Below, piece by piece: positions 18,419-28,025 of a DNA stretch of 64,000 nucleotides (within the stretch, counting starts at the first letter, position 1; the number at the start of each line of letters is the position of its first letter). Source of the DNA: Calditrichaceae bacterium (GTDB lineage: Bacteria > Calditrichota > Calditrichia > Calditrichales > JBFXGD01); the NCBI GenBank assembly GCA_050173015.1, contig JBFXLE010000008.1:584-64583 (forward strand). The letters run 5' to 3'. Below the pieces are notes generated by a model that worked only from the letters and a program-made list of their open reading frames with translations, had not been told where the DNA came from and made no database searches. Position numbers and translations under genes: made by a program.

Positions 18419-19045
18419 ATGATTGAAAAAAAATCAGCAGAATTCATCAGAAATATGTCCGATACTGATCTCGTTCAGGCTTCTCTCAAAGATAAGGAAT
18501 ATTTTTATTATTTAATGATAAAATACGAATCAAAATTGCTGCTGTATATTAATCGTATTACAAATGTAAATAAGGATGAAGCAGAGGATATTCTCCAGGA
18601 AATTTTTATCAAAGTGTATCGTAACCTTCATAGTTTCAGGCAGGATCTGTCCTTTTCCACCTGGCTCTATCGAATTGCCCGCAATGAAATTATTAATCAA
18701 TATCACAAAAAAAATTCCCGGCCCTTTATTTCTGACTCATCAGGTATTCATGATGATATTAAAATACTAAATGAAATTATTTCTCCAACGCCTGACAGCC
18801 ATTCAGAATATATAGAACATGAGTGTTCAAAAAAGATAAAAAACGCGCTTTATAATCTGCCTGACAAATATCGTGAAGTGCTGGTATTGCATTATTTGGA
18901 AAATTTAACTTACGATGAGATCAGTGACATTTTGCTAAAGCCTGCCGGAACAATCGCTTCACTTATTAATCGCGGTAAATCAAAATTTAGGAAAATCGCT
19001 GAACGTCAAGATATTAACCTGGTGAATTATTATGACAAATCTTAG
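18419..19045 (+). CDS. ECF RNA polymerase sigma factor
   Basis: AEDILQEIFIKVY, FSTWLYRIARN, EISDILLKPAGTIASLINRGK. Confidence 0.93.
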   Translation: MIEKKSAEFIRNMSDTDLVQASLKDKEYFYYLMIKYESKLLLYINRITNVNKDEAEDILQEIFIKVYRNLHSFRQDLSFSTWLYRIARNEIINQYHKKNSRPFISDSSGIHDDIKILNEIISPTPDSHSEYIEHECSKKIKNALYNLPDKYREVLVLHYLENLTYDEISDILLKPAGTIASLINRGKSKFRKIAERQDINLVNYYDKS

Positions 19046-19751
19046 TAAAAAAACACTGGAAATCATCGAAAAAAACAAGATAAATCCCTACCCAAAATCG
19101 TATTTTTTACTACGACGTTCGGTAATTTGGACATTATTTTTCATTTCGGTATTGCTAGGATCTGTGGCAAGCGGAATTGCTATATACCAATTAAAACAAA
19201 CAGAATGGGAACTGTTGCATTATTTTAGCCACGACGTGTACAGATATATATTCATCGCCGTACCATATTTTTGGATCTTCTTTTTATCAGGTTTTACAGG
19301 ATTTATCTATTATTATTTTCGGCGGATGGGAAAAGGATATCGATATAACTCGATACTTGTTATCCTGAGCAGCATAATTTTATCTGTCACCGGTGGATTA
19401 ATTCTGAATAGGTCTGTTATCCCATTCAGACTGGAATCATTAATGGAACAAAATTTTACGTTTTATGAAAGTTCTGAAGAACGCAAGCAGGAGGTCTGGT
19501 CTTCACCGGGTGACGGCCTTTTGGCGGGAATTATCGAAAAAAATATTTCTAAAGAACAAATAATGTTAACAGACTTTCATGGAGCTACATGGTCAATTGA
19601 CATATCTGTGGCTTTATTTCGCGGAAAACTGATTCCTGCGGAAGGTTTAAAGGTAAAACTTATAGGTCGGCAGACAGGAAACCAACAGTTCAAGGCCGTT
19701 GAAGTTCGTCTGTGGGACGGTCAGGATAAAAGAAACCGTATCCTGCGATAA
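19032..19751 (+). CDS. Putative membrane anti-sigma factor (3 TM plus C-terminal beta domain)
   Basis: Overlaps the sigma gene end by 14 nt; three hydrophobic helices. Confidence 0.65.
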   Translation: MTNLSKKTLEIIEKNKINPYPKSYFLLRRSVIWTLFFISVLLGSVASGIAIYQLKQTEWELLHYFSHDVYRYIFIAVPYFWIFFLSGFTGFIYYYFRRMGKGYRYNSILVILSSIILSVTGGLILNRSVIPFRLESLMEQNFTFYESSEERKQEVWSSPGDGLLAGIIEKNISKEQIMLTDFHGATWSIDISVALFRGKLIPAEGLKVKLIGRQTGNQQFKAVEVRLWDGQDKRNRILR

Positions 19752-20051
19752 CCATTTTTTCCAAATTACAGTTTTTGAAACTTTTTCTATGTTTTTTATA
19801 AAAAGTTGCAAGAAATTTATCAGTCTCCCTGTATTACAAGATGAGAGTTGATAAATATTAGATTTAGAAAGGAAGGAAAATTTGGATGTAAAAATTCTAT
19901 AAAACCGATTCACAGTCTTTTACAGATATCATAAGATATCCGGTACTAATTGATTCTGATTCTTGCTGACAAAGAAAAATGATCGATTATATCACAGAGC
20001 ATTAAATTAACATGAATATTTGATTTTGATAAGAGATGAAGGGAGCAGAAA

Positions 20052-21083
20052 ATGACGACCATAAAACGATTCAACCCAGGATTTTTTATTTTTTTAATTT
20101 TTTCCTTTTTCACCATTGCAAACGCGCAAACTGAGATTGGTGGATTTTTTGATGTCATAAACAGCACAGATATGGAAGCCGGGCAGAATACCGGATTTAC
20201 TGTCAACCAGTTTGAGATTGCCATTTCACAATCATATGATAGTCCCATTTCGATAGACGCGGCAATCGGATATAATAAAGATGACGGCAAAATGGAGTTA
20301 GCCGACGCTGTAATACACTATACCAGTAAATTAGGTTCAGAGCACATTATTTTCGGAACCGACACCATTCACGCCCATGCCGGGATTTCCATTGGCCAGA
20401 CCGACGTGCCTTTCGGAATTGATTACCTGTCTTTCGACGCCCCTGTGCGACCGGTAGTGACACAACCTCTTATTTATCAGAAAACCGTTGGTGAATGGTC
20501 CGGTACGGGCATCAATATTCATACAACTCAAAAAAATTACAATCTTGATTTATTCTCAACCAACGGCCTGAACGGTGATCTTACGTTTGGGGCGCATTCA
20601 GGATTTACTTTTATCGACAACCTGGAATTCGGATTTTCATACGCGGCAGAATTCAGTTCAATCGACACAAAAAGTAACTGGATAACCGGCGTTGACTTCG
20701 CCGCAACACTTGGATCGCTTGATATTAAATCGGAATATCTCTGGACAAAAAATCTGCTTGACGCCGCTCAGGATACTATTTCTTCTGACAAAATCTATCA
20801 GGGATTTTATGTTCAGCTCTCAAATGATTTTGAAAATGTGATCAATTTGCCGGTTTTTGCGACTGCCCGATTTGGATACTGGGAATCTGAAATGGATCGT
20901 GATTTCAGCGGGGACAAGGATACTCAGAACAGAATCACTCTGGGACTGGGGTACCGCACAGATTATGATGCCGAAGTCAGAATTGAATATCTCTCTGATC
21001 AGGTTGAAGACGACAGCAGATATAATGTTCTCACTTTACAACTTGTCACCTGGATGGATATGAAATCCCTTGTCATCCGGTGA
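20052..21083 (+). CDS. Putative outer-membrane beta-barrel porin
   Basis: Signal peptide (ANA-Q), amphipathic strands, GQTDVPFG, RITLGLGY. Confidence 0.7.
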   Translation: MTTIKRFNPGFFIFLIFSFFTIANAQTEIGGFFDVINSTDMEAGQNTGFTVNQFEIAISQSYDSPISIDAAIGYNKDDGKMELADAVIHYTSKLGSEHIIFGTDTIHAHAGISIGQTDVPFGIDYLSFDAPVRPVVTQPLIYQKTVGEWSGTGINIHTTQKNYNLDLFSTNGLNGDLTFGAHSGFTFIDNLEFGFSYAAEFSSIDTKSNWITGVDFAATLGSLDIKSEYLWTKNLLDAAQDTISSDKIYQGFYVQLSNDFENVINLPVFATARFGYWESEMDRDFSGDKDTQNRITLGLGYRTDYDAEVRIEYLSDQVEDDSRYNVLTLQLVTWMDMKSLVIR

Positions 21084-21168
21084 TCAACTGTTGACGCAGA
21101 TACCGGACGGAATCCGGATGATCATTCGGCACCTATTTTTAAAGTGAGAGCGTCAAAACAAAAAAATG

Positions 21169-21207
21169 AAAAAGCCCTTTGCCATTAATACCGGCAAAGG
21201 GTTTTTT
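21169..21207. terminator. Bidirectional intrinsic terminator
   Basis: AAAAAGCCCTTTGCC-N9-GGCAAAGGGTTTTTT between convergent genes. Confidence 0.85.
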
Positions 21208-21208
21208 A

Positions 21209-23101
21209 TTAGTTTTTCTTTTTGGATTTTATTCCGGACTTGATTTGAGGCCGGATCATATTCTCCGGGGTAAGCAGATCGTTGAGCTCTTCTTCGGACA
21301 ACAAATTCTTTTCAAGAACCAACTCATAAACACCTCGGTTTGTATTGAGCGCTTCCTTGGCAAGCTGGGTACATATTTCATATCCCAAAACAGGATTGAG
21401 CGCGGTGACCAGCCCAATACTATTTAGCACCATTGAACGGCAATGCTCTTCATTTGCCGTTATCCCGTCAATACAGCGGTGTCTTAGAGTTTCCATACCA
21501 TTTTTCAGCATCATCATCGATTCAAAAATACTCTGAGCGATGACCGGTTCCATCACATTCAATTCAAGCTGTCCCGCCTCAGCGGCAAGCGTGACGGTCA
21601 GATCATTTCCGATAACTTTGAAAGCAATCTGATTGACAACCTCGGGTATGACAGGATTAACCTTACCCGGCATGATGGATGATCCGGGCTGCATTTTTGG
21701 CAGATTTATCTCATTGAGCCCGGCGCGTGGCCCGGACGAAAGAAGTCGAAGGTCATTTGATATTTTTGATAGTTTTACCGCCATTCTTTTCAGCGCGGAT
21801 GAGTACATGACAAATGCGCCGGTATCCTGAGTTGCCTCCACCAGATTGGCGGCAAGTACGATGTCCAGATTCGTAATTTGACGCAAATGCTTTATTACTT
21901 TATCGCTATATTCCGGATCTGTGTTTATGCCTGTCCCGATGGCGGTCCCTCCCATATTCACTTCCAGAAACAATCGGGCGTTTTGTTCAAGACGATCAAT
22001 TTCTTCGCTAAGAGTCACCGCATACGCCTCAAACGATTGCCCCAGGGTCATCGGTACCGCATCCTGTAACTGCGTTCTTCCCATTTTGATAATATGAGAG
22101 AACTCATTTGCTTTTTTCCTGAAAGAATCAATCAGTTCCTTTAAGACCTCCAGCAGCTGCTTGTTGCTATTGATTAAGGCGATCTTTAGCGCGGTAGGAT
22201 AGGCGTCATTGGTCGACTGTGAAAGATTGACATGATTATTGGGATGGCAGAATTCATACTCTCCTTTTTCATGGCCTAAAATTTCCAGAGCCCTGTTTGC
22301 AATGACTTCATTCGCGTTCATATTCGATGAGGTTCCCGCTCCACCCTGTATCATATCAACTACAAAATGCGTATGGAATCGGCCGTTAAGAATTTCGGTG
22401 CAGGCCTGAACGATGGCTTCGGTAATTTGATCCGTGAGCAGCCCAAGATCATTATTTGCTTTCGCGGCTGCCATTTTGACCATTGCCAGCGCTTCAATCA
22501 GACGTGGATAGAGACTCAGAGAAATACCGGTAATATTAAAATTTTCAAAACCTCTTAACGTCTGAATTCCGTAATAATATTCATAAGGAACATCTCTTTC
22601 TCCAAGAAGATCATGTTCCCCGCGTGTCCGGCCGGATATATATTGCGCCGCGGCGTTCACAACCCGTGTGCTTGTCTGTCTCATGCGGCGTGAAATAACC
22701 CGGGCGACGTGGGATAATATTTTACCGGCAAGCGCGGGCTCTTCATGCAATATCTGAGAAAAGCGTTTTACGTTTATCGTCACGACCGTTGAATCCGTCA
22801 ATGCTCTCGCCGATGTTGAATGGGGATAGTTGTCCAGCAAAGCGCCTTCCCCAAGGAAATCAAATTCTCCAAAAAGAGCCATCCTTTTTTCGTCACCAAA
22901 AGGCCCGGTTTTGAAAAGTTCAACTTCCCCCTCGAATATAAGAAAAACATCCTTCCTGTCAGTATTTTCGGAGAACAACAATGTTGTGCTTTTATATTTT
23001 CTTTGATCAGTATTTTCTGCTATTAATCTTATTTCGTCATCTGATAAGTCTTTGAAAAGTTCAATGTTCTTCAGAAATGATTCAATTATCTGTAAATTCA
23101 T
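21209..23101 (-). CDS. aspA: Aspartate ammonia-lyase with N-terminal cyclic-nucleotide-binding-type domain
   Basis: GSSIMPGKVNPVIPE, QGGAGTS, SQSTNDAYPT, GRTQLQDA; the first ~150 aa are CRP-like (GEVELFK, LGEGALL). Confidence 0.95.
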   Translation of the reverse strand: MNLQIIESFLKNIELFKDLSDDEIRLIAENTDQRKYKSTTLLFSENTDRKDVFLIFEGEVELFKTGPFGDEKRMALFGEFDFLGEGALLDNYPHSTSARALTDSTVVTINVKRFSQILHEEPALAGKILSHVARVISRRMRQTSTRVVNAAAQYISGRTRGEHDLLGERDVPYEYYYGIQTLRGFENFNITGISLSLYPRLIEALAMVKMAAAKANNDLGLLTDQITEAIVQACTEILNGRFHTHFVVDMIQGGAGTSSNMNANEVIANRALEILGHEKGEYEFCHPNNHVNLSQSTNDAYPTALKIALINSNKQLLEVLKELIDSFRKKANEFSHIIKMGRTQLQDAVPMTLGQSFEAYAVTLSEEIDRLEQNARLFLEVNMGGTAIGTGINTDPEYSDKVIKHLRQITNLDIVLAANLVEATQDTGAFVMYSSALKRMAVKLSKISNDLRLLSSGPRAGLNEINLPKMQPGSSIMPGKVNPVIPEVVNQIAFKVIGNDLTVTLAAEAGQLELNVMEPVIAQSIFESMMMLKNGMETLRHRCIDGITANEEHCRSMVLNSIGLVTALNPVLGYEICTQLAKEALNTNRGVYELVLEKNLLSEEELNDLLTPENMIRPQIKSGIKSKKKN

Positions 23102-23119
23102 TTAATCCTTCTCCATAGC

Positions 23120-23142
23120 AAAAAACCCCTTGACAGGGGTTT
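23120..23142 (-). terminator. Terminator after the small lipoprotein gene, immediately upstream of the aspA RBS
   Basis: Minus strand AAACCCCT-GTCA-AGGGGTTTTTT. Confidence 0.65.
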
Positions 23143-23206
23143 CTTGCTTGATAATTTTTGGTGAATCTAACGTGATCTAAAGCAACTTTTTCAACAGTGC
23201 TAATAA

Positions 23207-23392
23207 TTACTCCATGCTTGGCGCTTCTTCTTCCATAACTGTTGTATCAGCAACCGTAGTATCAGGTGTTACTTCTTCAACTTTCTGCTCTACCGCAGGT
23301 GCAACTTCTTCAGCAGCTTTTTTTTCACCACCGCAAGCAATCAGTGAGAACGAAAGCATCAGGCCCATCAAAAACAGAACAACTTTTTTCAT
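23207..23392 (-). CDS. Small acidic lipoprotein
   Basis: MKK start, hydrophobic core, lipobox LIAC, AAGGAG RBS. Confidence 0.85.
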   Translation of the reverse strand: MKKVVLFLMGLMLSFSLIACGGEKKAAEEVAPAVEQKVEEVTPDTTVADTTVMEEEAPSME

Positions 23393-23603
23393 CGTAAATC
23401 TCCTTATGGATTTGGTTATTGCAAAAACAGGGTTAAAATTTAGCTGAAATCTAAAAAAAAGTCAATTCCAAAATAGAACAAATTACTTTTTTAAAAAAAT
23501 ATATACATTTTATTGTATAAAATTTAGATGTTTTGTAATTTGTAATGATGATTTATTGAATATTTTTCGAAATTTATTCATTTTGTAAAGGGTTAAATAT
23601 AAG

Positions 23604-24314
23604 ATGCAATCACACGAATTACAAATAAAACGTATTTTATTTGACGCGGATGATACTCTCTGGGAAAATAATGTTTACTACCTTCAGGCAGCTTCAGACT
23701 TTTTTGATCTGCTTTCCCGGGCGGGCATCAGCCGTTCCGAAGTTGAAAAAGATTTTGATAAACTTGAGATAAAAGTTGTGAGAGAACGTGGATATGGCAG
23801 TGAGAATTTTGTCTATATTTTAAAGGAAATCTATCAAAAATATAGCTCAGGGAACGGCCACAACATAGATCAGGATCGGTTTTCTTCAATCATAGAAACA
23901 TTTAGCAATCATCCAAAACGCAAACCCTCCCTTTTTTCAAATGTGATTGAAACTATGGATTATCTAAAATCAGGCTACAGCCTGTATGTCCTGACAAAAG
24001 GAGATTATGAGGAACAAAGCGGCAAAATTAAGCTTTCGGGCGTTTGTGATTATATTGAAGATTATTTTGTGCCGCACGAAAAAAATGATAATACATATTT
24101 GGATTTACTCAACCGTCACGCCTGGAAACCCGAAGAAACCTGCATGGTAGGAAACAGCCCGAAATCGGATATCAATCCGGCCCTCAGGACCGGAATGTAT
24201 GCCATTCACATCCCCTACAAGGATACATGGAAACTTGATAATGAACCCATAGACCGGGAAAATGAACGACTAATTATCCTGAATGCCTTTTCGGACCTAA
24301 GAAATATATTCTAA
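23604..24314 (+). CDS. HAD superfamily hydrolase
   Basis: FDADDTLW, LTKGD, MVGNSPKSDI. Confidence 0.92.
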   Translation: MQSHELQIKRILFDADDTLWENNVYYLQAASDFFDLLSRAGISRSEVEKDFDKLEIKVVRERGYGSENFVYILKEIYQKYSSGNGHNIDQDRFSSIIETFSNHPKRKPSLFSNVIETMDYLKSGYSLYVLTKGDYEEQSGKIKLSGVCDYIEDYFVPHEKNDNTYLDLLNRHAWKPEETCMVGNSPKSDINPALRTGMYAIHIPYKDTWKLDNEPIDRENERLIILNAFSDLRNIF

Positions 24315-24442
24315 CGTCTGAATTTTATTTATCCCGAAATTTATTATTTCATTTCCTGATACATTACAGGGTGGCTTATTCTCTCAACATTTGAACACAT
24401 GTTTCAGCTTTCATTAAAAATTCACTGAAAAAATTAAGATCG

Positions 24443-24841
24443 TCAATTTAGATCAAAGGAGATTGAATCGCTTTTCTCTGTAGATTTTCCCGATGTGCTA
24501 TTCTTTATGAATCCTTTTTCATATATATAGATTGCAAGATTTTGAAGGGTGTCATTATTTATATTTTTGAACGCCGGCATCATAAAAGAGCCTTCCTTAA
24601 TTCTTAATTTAATTTTCTCCGTATCCAGCTCCGAATAATCAAATGACGAATATAATATTCCATTACCCTGCCCGCGGTCACCGTGACAGTGCATACATGC
24701 TTCCCGGTAAATGATAGCCGGTGAATCAGTCTTAGGACGATAAAGATTCTCACCTTCCGCAAGCAGGATGTACACACTGCTGATAATCACTGTCGTCATG
24801 ATAACGCCAAAAGGAAGCCATTTTAATATCATCTTTTTCAT
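24443..24841 (-). CDS. Membrane-anchored monoheme cytochrome c
   Basis: N-terminal TM, CMHCH, distal MMPAF Met. Confidence 0.88.
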   Translation of the reverse strand: MKKMILKWLPFGVIMTTVIISSVYILLAEGENLYRPKTDSPAIIYREACMHCHGDRGQGNGILYSSFDYSELDTEKIKLRIKEGSFMMPAFKNINNDTLQNLAIYIYEKGFIKNSTSGKSTEKSDSISFDLN

Positions 24842-24850
24842 GAAAATCAC

Positions 24851-25645
24851 TCAGGTTAACTTCAGATTTTTTTTTATTAATTTTTGATAAACCGCCGTAG
24901 CAAGTCCGCCTTTTTGAATGAGGCTGTCTCTTAATTCCAGAGGTCTATGGCGATCACCTGAAATTTTTTTCATCAATGCTCTAACTCCGTCAAAGCGGTA
25001 GATATTATGTCTTTTAAGTGTAAGTTGCTCCCATTCAGGATCAATTTTTTTAAAATTTACCAGTGAAACACCAAAAATGTATCCTGTATCACGGGTTAAT
25101 TTTAACACATCCTTGTCAAATCTTCCGAACGGATAACTGACGGATATAATATCAGTCATTAAGAGATTTTCCAACAGTAATTTACTTTGCTTTATTTCCC
25201 GGAGAAGTTCATTAATCCCTATGGCGGTTAATAAACGGTGTGAGCATGTATGTGATCCGATTTCGAAGCCATCACGCATAAGTTCTTTTATTTGACCGGT
25301 TTCCATATGCCGGAATCTTTTATCTCCAAACTGAACATCCCAGTCATTGTATTTACCCATAAATTCAGCCAGTACAAATATTACGCCCCGTAACTTCATT
25401 TCCTTCATAACCGGAACAGCATAGTTGAAAACGGATTCATACCCGTCATCAAAAGTAATGATCAGTGGTTTCGCGGGAAGAGGACTACCCGAATTAAGAT
25501 CGGTAAACGTGATGGTTTCATATCCATTGTCCCGGATAATCTCCATATCATGTCTAAAATCATCCGGATGCCTCGTAGTAATACCGACATCTCGTACTTT
25601 GTCGATCTTATGATAATTGATTATCGGAATTTGGGAGATTTGCAT
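24851..25645 (-). CDS. Polysaccharide deacetylase (CE4)
   Basis: IPIINYH, TFDDGY, EIGSHTCSH, SYPFG. Confidence 0.93.
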   Translation of the reverse strand: MQISQIPIINYHKIDKVRDVGITTRHPDDFRHDMEIIRDNGYETITFTDLNSGSPLPAKPLIITFDDGYESVFNYAVPVMKEMKLRGVIFVLAEFMGKYNDWDVQFGDKRFRHMETGQIKELMRDGFEIGSHTCSHRLLTAIGINELLREIKQSKLLLENLLMTDIISVSYPFGRFDKDVLKLTRDTGYIFGVSLVNFKKIDPEWEQLTLKRHNIYRFDGVRALMKKISGDRHRPLELRDSLIQKGGLATAVYQKLIKKNLKLT

Positions 25646-25647
25646 TT

Positions 25648-26775
25648 TTAAAGATTCAGTTCAAGCAATTCAAATATATTATAAAATTCATACCCGTGCT
25701 GATCCGCGGCATAGCGGTTTGTTATTTTTCCTTTATAAATGGATAGAGCGGACAGTAACGCCGGTTCCTTAATCAGAGCGCTTTTTAGGCCGTTTGACGC
25801 CAGCAATTTAACAAAGGGTACTATTTTTTTTGTAATAATCCGGCTTGCTGTTAACGGTACAGTCGCCGCGATATTGGGTACACAATAATGGACAATATTA
25901 TTTACTATATATGTTGGTTTTTCAAGACTTGTGATGTGTGAAGTCTCTACAAGATTCGCTTGTTCAATGGATATGTCAATTAACACGCTTCCCGGCTCCA
26001 TCGAGGCGACCATATCTTTTGTTATAAATATATTTTTGGAAAAATGTTTTAGAGAGAATATCGCCACTATTAAAATATCAGTCTGCGGAAGCAATTCCTG
26101 TAGTTTTTCTTCTGTATAATTTTCAATTCGCAGATTTGGATGATTTACATCAAGTTCATCCGTTTGAACTTTTTTAAGCCCAAGCAGATTAACATTGGCG
26201 CCATTTGCGCAAGCGTACATGGCCGCGGTTCTACCTACTTTTCCGGCACCCAGGATTGTTACCGTCGCCGGTTTTACATTATCGGTACCGGAAAGTAATT
26301 TTCCTTTTCCGCCTTCTGTTATAGTTAACAGATTGGCACCCTGATGGATTGCCATTTTACCCGCGATTTCACTCATTCCCATCAACAGAGGATATTTTCC
26401 ATCCGCGTCCTGGATCATTTCCGCGCCAAAGAATGTTGTTTTCGTGTCCATCAACGCTTTCAGCCGATCTGCATTATGAACAAGATTTAAGAAAGATATG
26501 AGAATATGGGATTCATTCAACAATTCATATTCGACCGGTTGCGGCGGTTGGACTTTCACAATGAGTTCGGCTTTTTGCAGAACTTTTTCCATCGTTGGCA
26601 AAATGGTCGCGCCTACCCGTTCATACTGAATATCATCAAAACCGCACATTTCACCGGCGCTTCGTTCCACAAAAACATCAATACCGTTCCGGATGAGTAC
26701 TTTTACTCCCTCCGGACTGAGCATGACACGCCCTTCGAATTGCTTAATTTCTTTTAAAAGCCCGACTTTGTACAT
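25648..26775 (-). CDS. Alanine dehydrogenase-like protein (catalytic residues substituted)
   Basis: KEIK..EGRV, PLLMGMSEIAG, GAGKVG, HYCVPNI; but KVQPP and FLNL replace KVKEP and LHL. Confidence 0.85.
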   Translation of the reverse strand: MYKVGLLKEIKQFEGRVMLSPEGVKVLIRNGIDVFVERSAGEMCGFDDIQYERVGATILPTMEKVLQKAELIVKVQPPQPVEYELLNESHILISFLNLVHNADRLKALMDTKTTFFGAEMIQDADGKYPLLMGMSEIAGKMAIHQGANLLTITEGGKGKLLSGTDNVKPATVTILGAGKVGRTAAMYACANGANVNLLGLKKVQTDELDVNHPNLRIENYTEEKLQELLPQTDILIVAIFSLKHFSKNIFITKDMVASMEPGSVLIDISIEQANLVETSHITSLEKPTYIVNNIVHYCVPNIAATVPLTASRIITKKIVPFVKLLASNGLKSALIKEPALLSALSIYKGKITNRYAADQHGYEFYNIFELLELNL

Positions 26776-26779
26776 TGAT

Positions 26780-28015
26780 TTAATTCACAAATGGTGATAG
26801 TTTTAGAATATTGAAATTGTCTTTTACAAAAATTTGCCTTGCCACTTCAATCATTGATTCGGGATTGATTCGGTCAATGGAAGACAACACTTCCTCAAGA
26901 GGGACTTGTCTTCGGTATGAAATTTCGTTTTTCGCCAGTCGGCTCATTCTGCGGGATATACTTTCCAGACTGAGCACATAGCTCCCCTTTAGCTGTTCCT
27001 TTAGCTTATGTACCATTTTTCCGCTTAACGGTTTAGTGTTCACTCTGTCGATCTCTTTATAAAGCATATCTATCGCGCGTTCCTGATTGCGTTTATCCGT
27101 TCCGAGATAAATGCTCATGACACCCGTATCGCTATAAAAATCTAACATAGAATATACCGAATAAGCAAGAGCATTTTTTTCCCGTACAACCTGGAACAAT
27201 CTGGAACTCATTCCGCCTCCAAGATATGTATTTAACGCGATCAATTCAAACCGATTTTTCGCGTGATAAGACATACCTTCAAGACCAATACAGATATGCG
27301 ACTGATTAAATGGTTCCGGAACATCAATATTAAAACCGGTGACCGCCTCAGGCTGATGAAAGCCGGTCCTGCCGGTATTTTCGTTAAAATGGAAATTCCG
27401 TTCGACCTGTTTAATCAATTTATCGTGCTTTACATTGCCCGCGGCACTGATGATAATATTTTCCGGCTGATAATTTTCTGACCAGAATTTTTCGATTGCC
27501 GACCGATCAAACTTTGATACCGTCTCCGGTGTGCCCAGAATCGGATATCCGATTGACTGACCGGGATAAAGTTTTTCCTGAAACAAATCAAATATGTATT
27601 CTTCGGGAGTGTCTTTAACCGAACTGATTTCTTCAAGTACAACCATTCGTTCTTTTTCGATATCTTTTTCACGGAAAACTGAATTGCAAACCATATCAGA
27701 CAGAACGTTTATACTTATTGTGAGCTGTGTATCAAGAGTGTGAGTGAAAAAGCAGGTAATTTCTTTGCTGGTATACGCGTTAAGACTTCCGCCTAAATCT
27801 TCAAGAGACTGAGCGATTTTCAAAGCGCTTCTTTTTTTTGTGCCCTTAAAAACCATATGCTCAATGAAATGAGCAATCCCATTATTAGTTATATCTTCGG
27901 AACGTGAGCCTGTTTTCAACCAGACTCCAATGGAAAGCGATCTCACCGATGGAATGGTTTCGCTAATTACGGTGAGACCGTTATCTAGAACCGTTCTTTT
28001 TATTGAATGATTCAT
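26780..28015 (-). CDS. M16 family zinc peptidase
   Basis: HFIEHMVFKGT, NAYTS, LGGGMSSRLFQ. Confidence 0.95.
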   Translation of the reverse strand: MNHSIKRTVLDNGLTVISETIPSVRSLSIGVWLKTGSRSEDITNNGIAHFIEHMVFKGTKKRSALKIAQSLEDLGGSLNAYTSKEITCFFTHTLDTQLTISINVLSDMVCNSVFREKDIEKERMVVLEEISSVKDTPEEYIFDLFQEKLYPGQSIGYPILGTPETVSKFDRSAIEKFWSENYQPENIIISAAGNVKHDKLIKQVERNFHFNENTGRTGFHQPEAVTGFNIDVPEPFNQSHICIGLEGMSYHAKNRFELIALNTYLGGGMSSRLFQVVREKNALAYSVYSMLDFYSDTGVMSIYLGTDKRNQERAIDMLYKEIDRVNTKPLSGKMVHKLKEQLKGSYVLSLESISRRMSRLAKNEISYRRQVPLEEVLSSIDRINPESMIEVARQIFVKDNFNILKLSPFVN

Positions 28016-28025
28016 CAGTTTTTAG

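Noticed and set aside
25648-26775. Transhydrogenase PntA (KVQPP resembles it)
   Set aside because: There is no pntB or membrane domain, and the C-terminal HYCVPNI..TVP.TAS is Ald-like.
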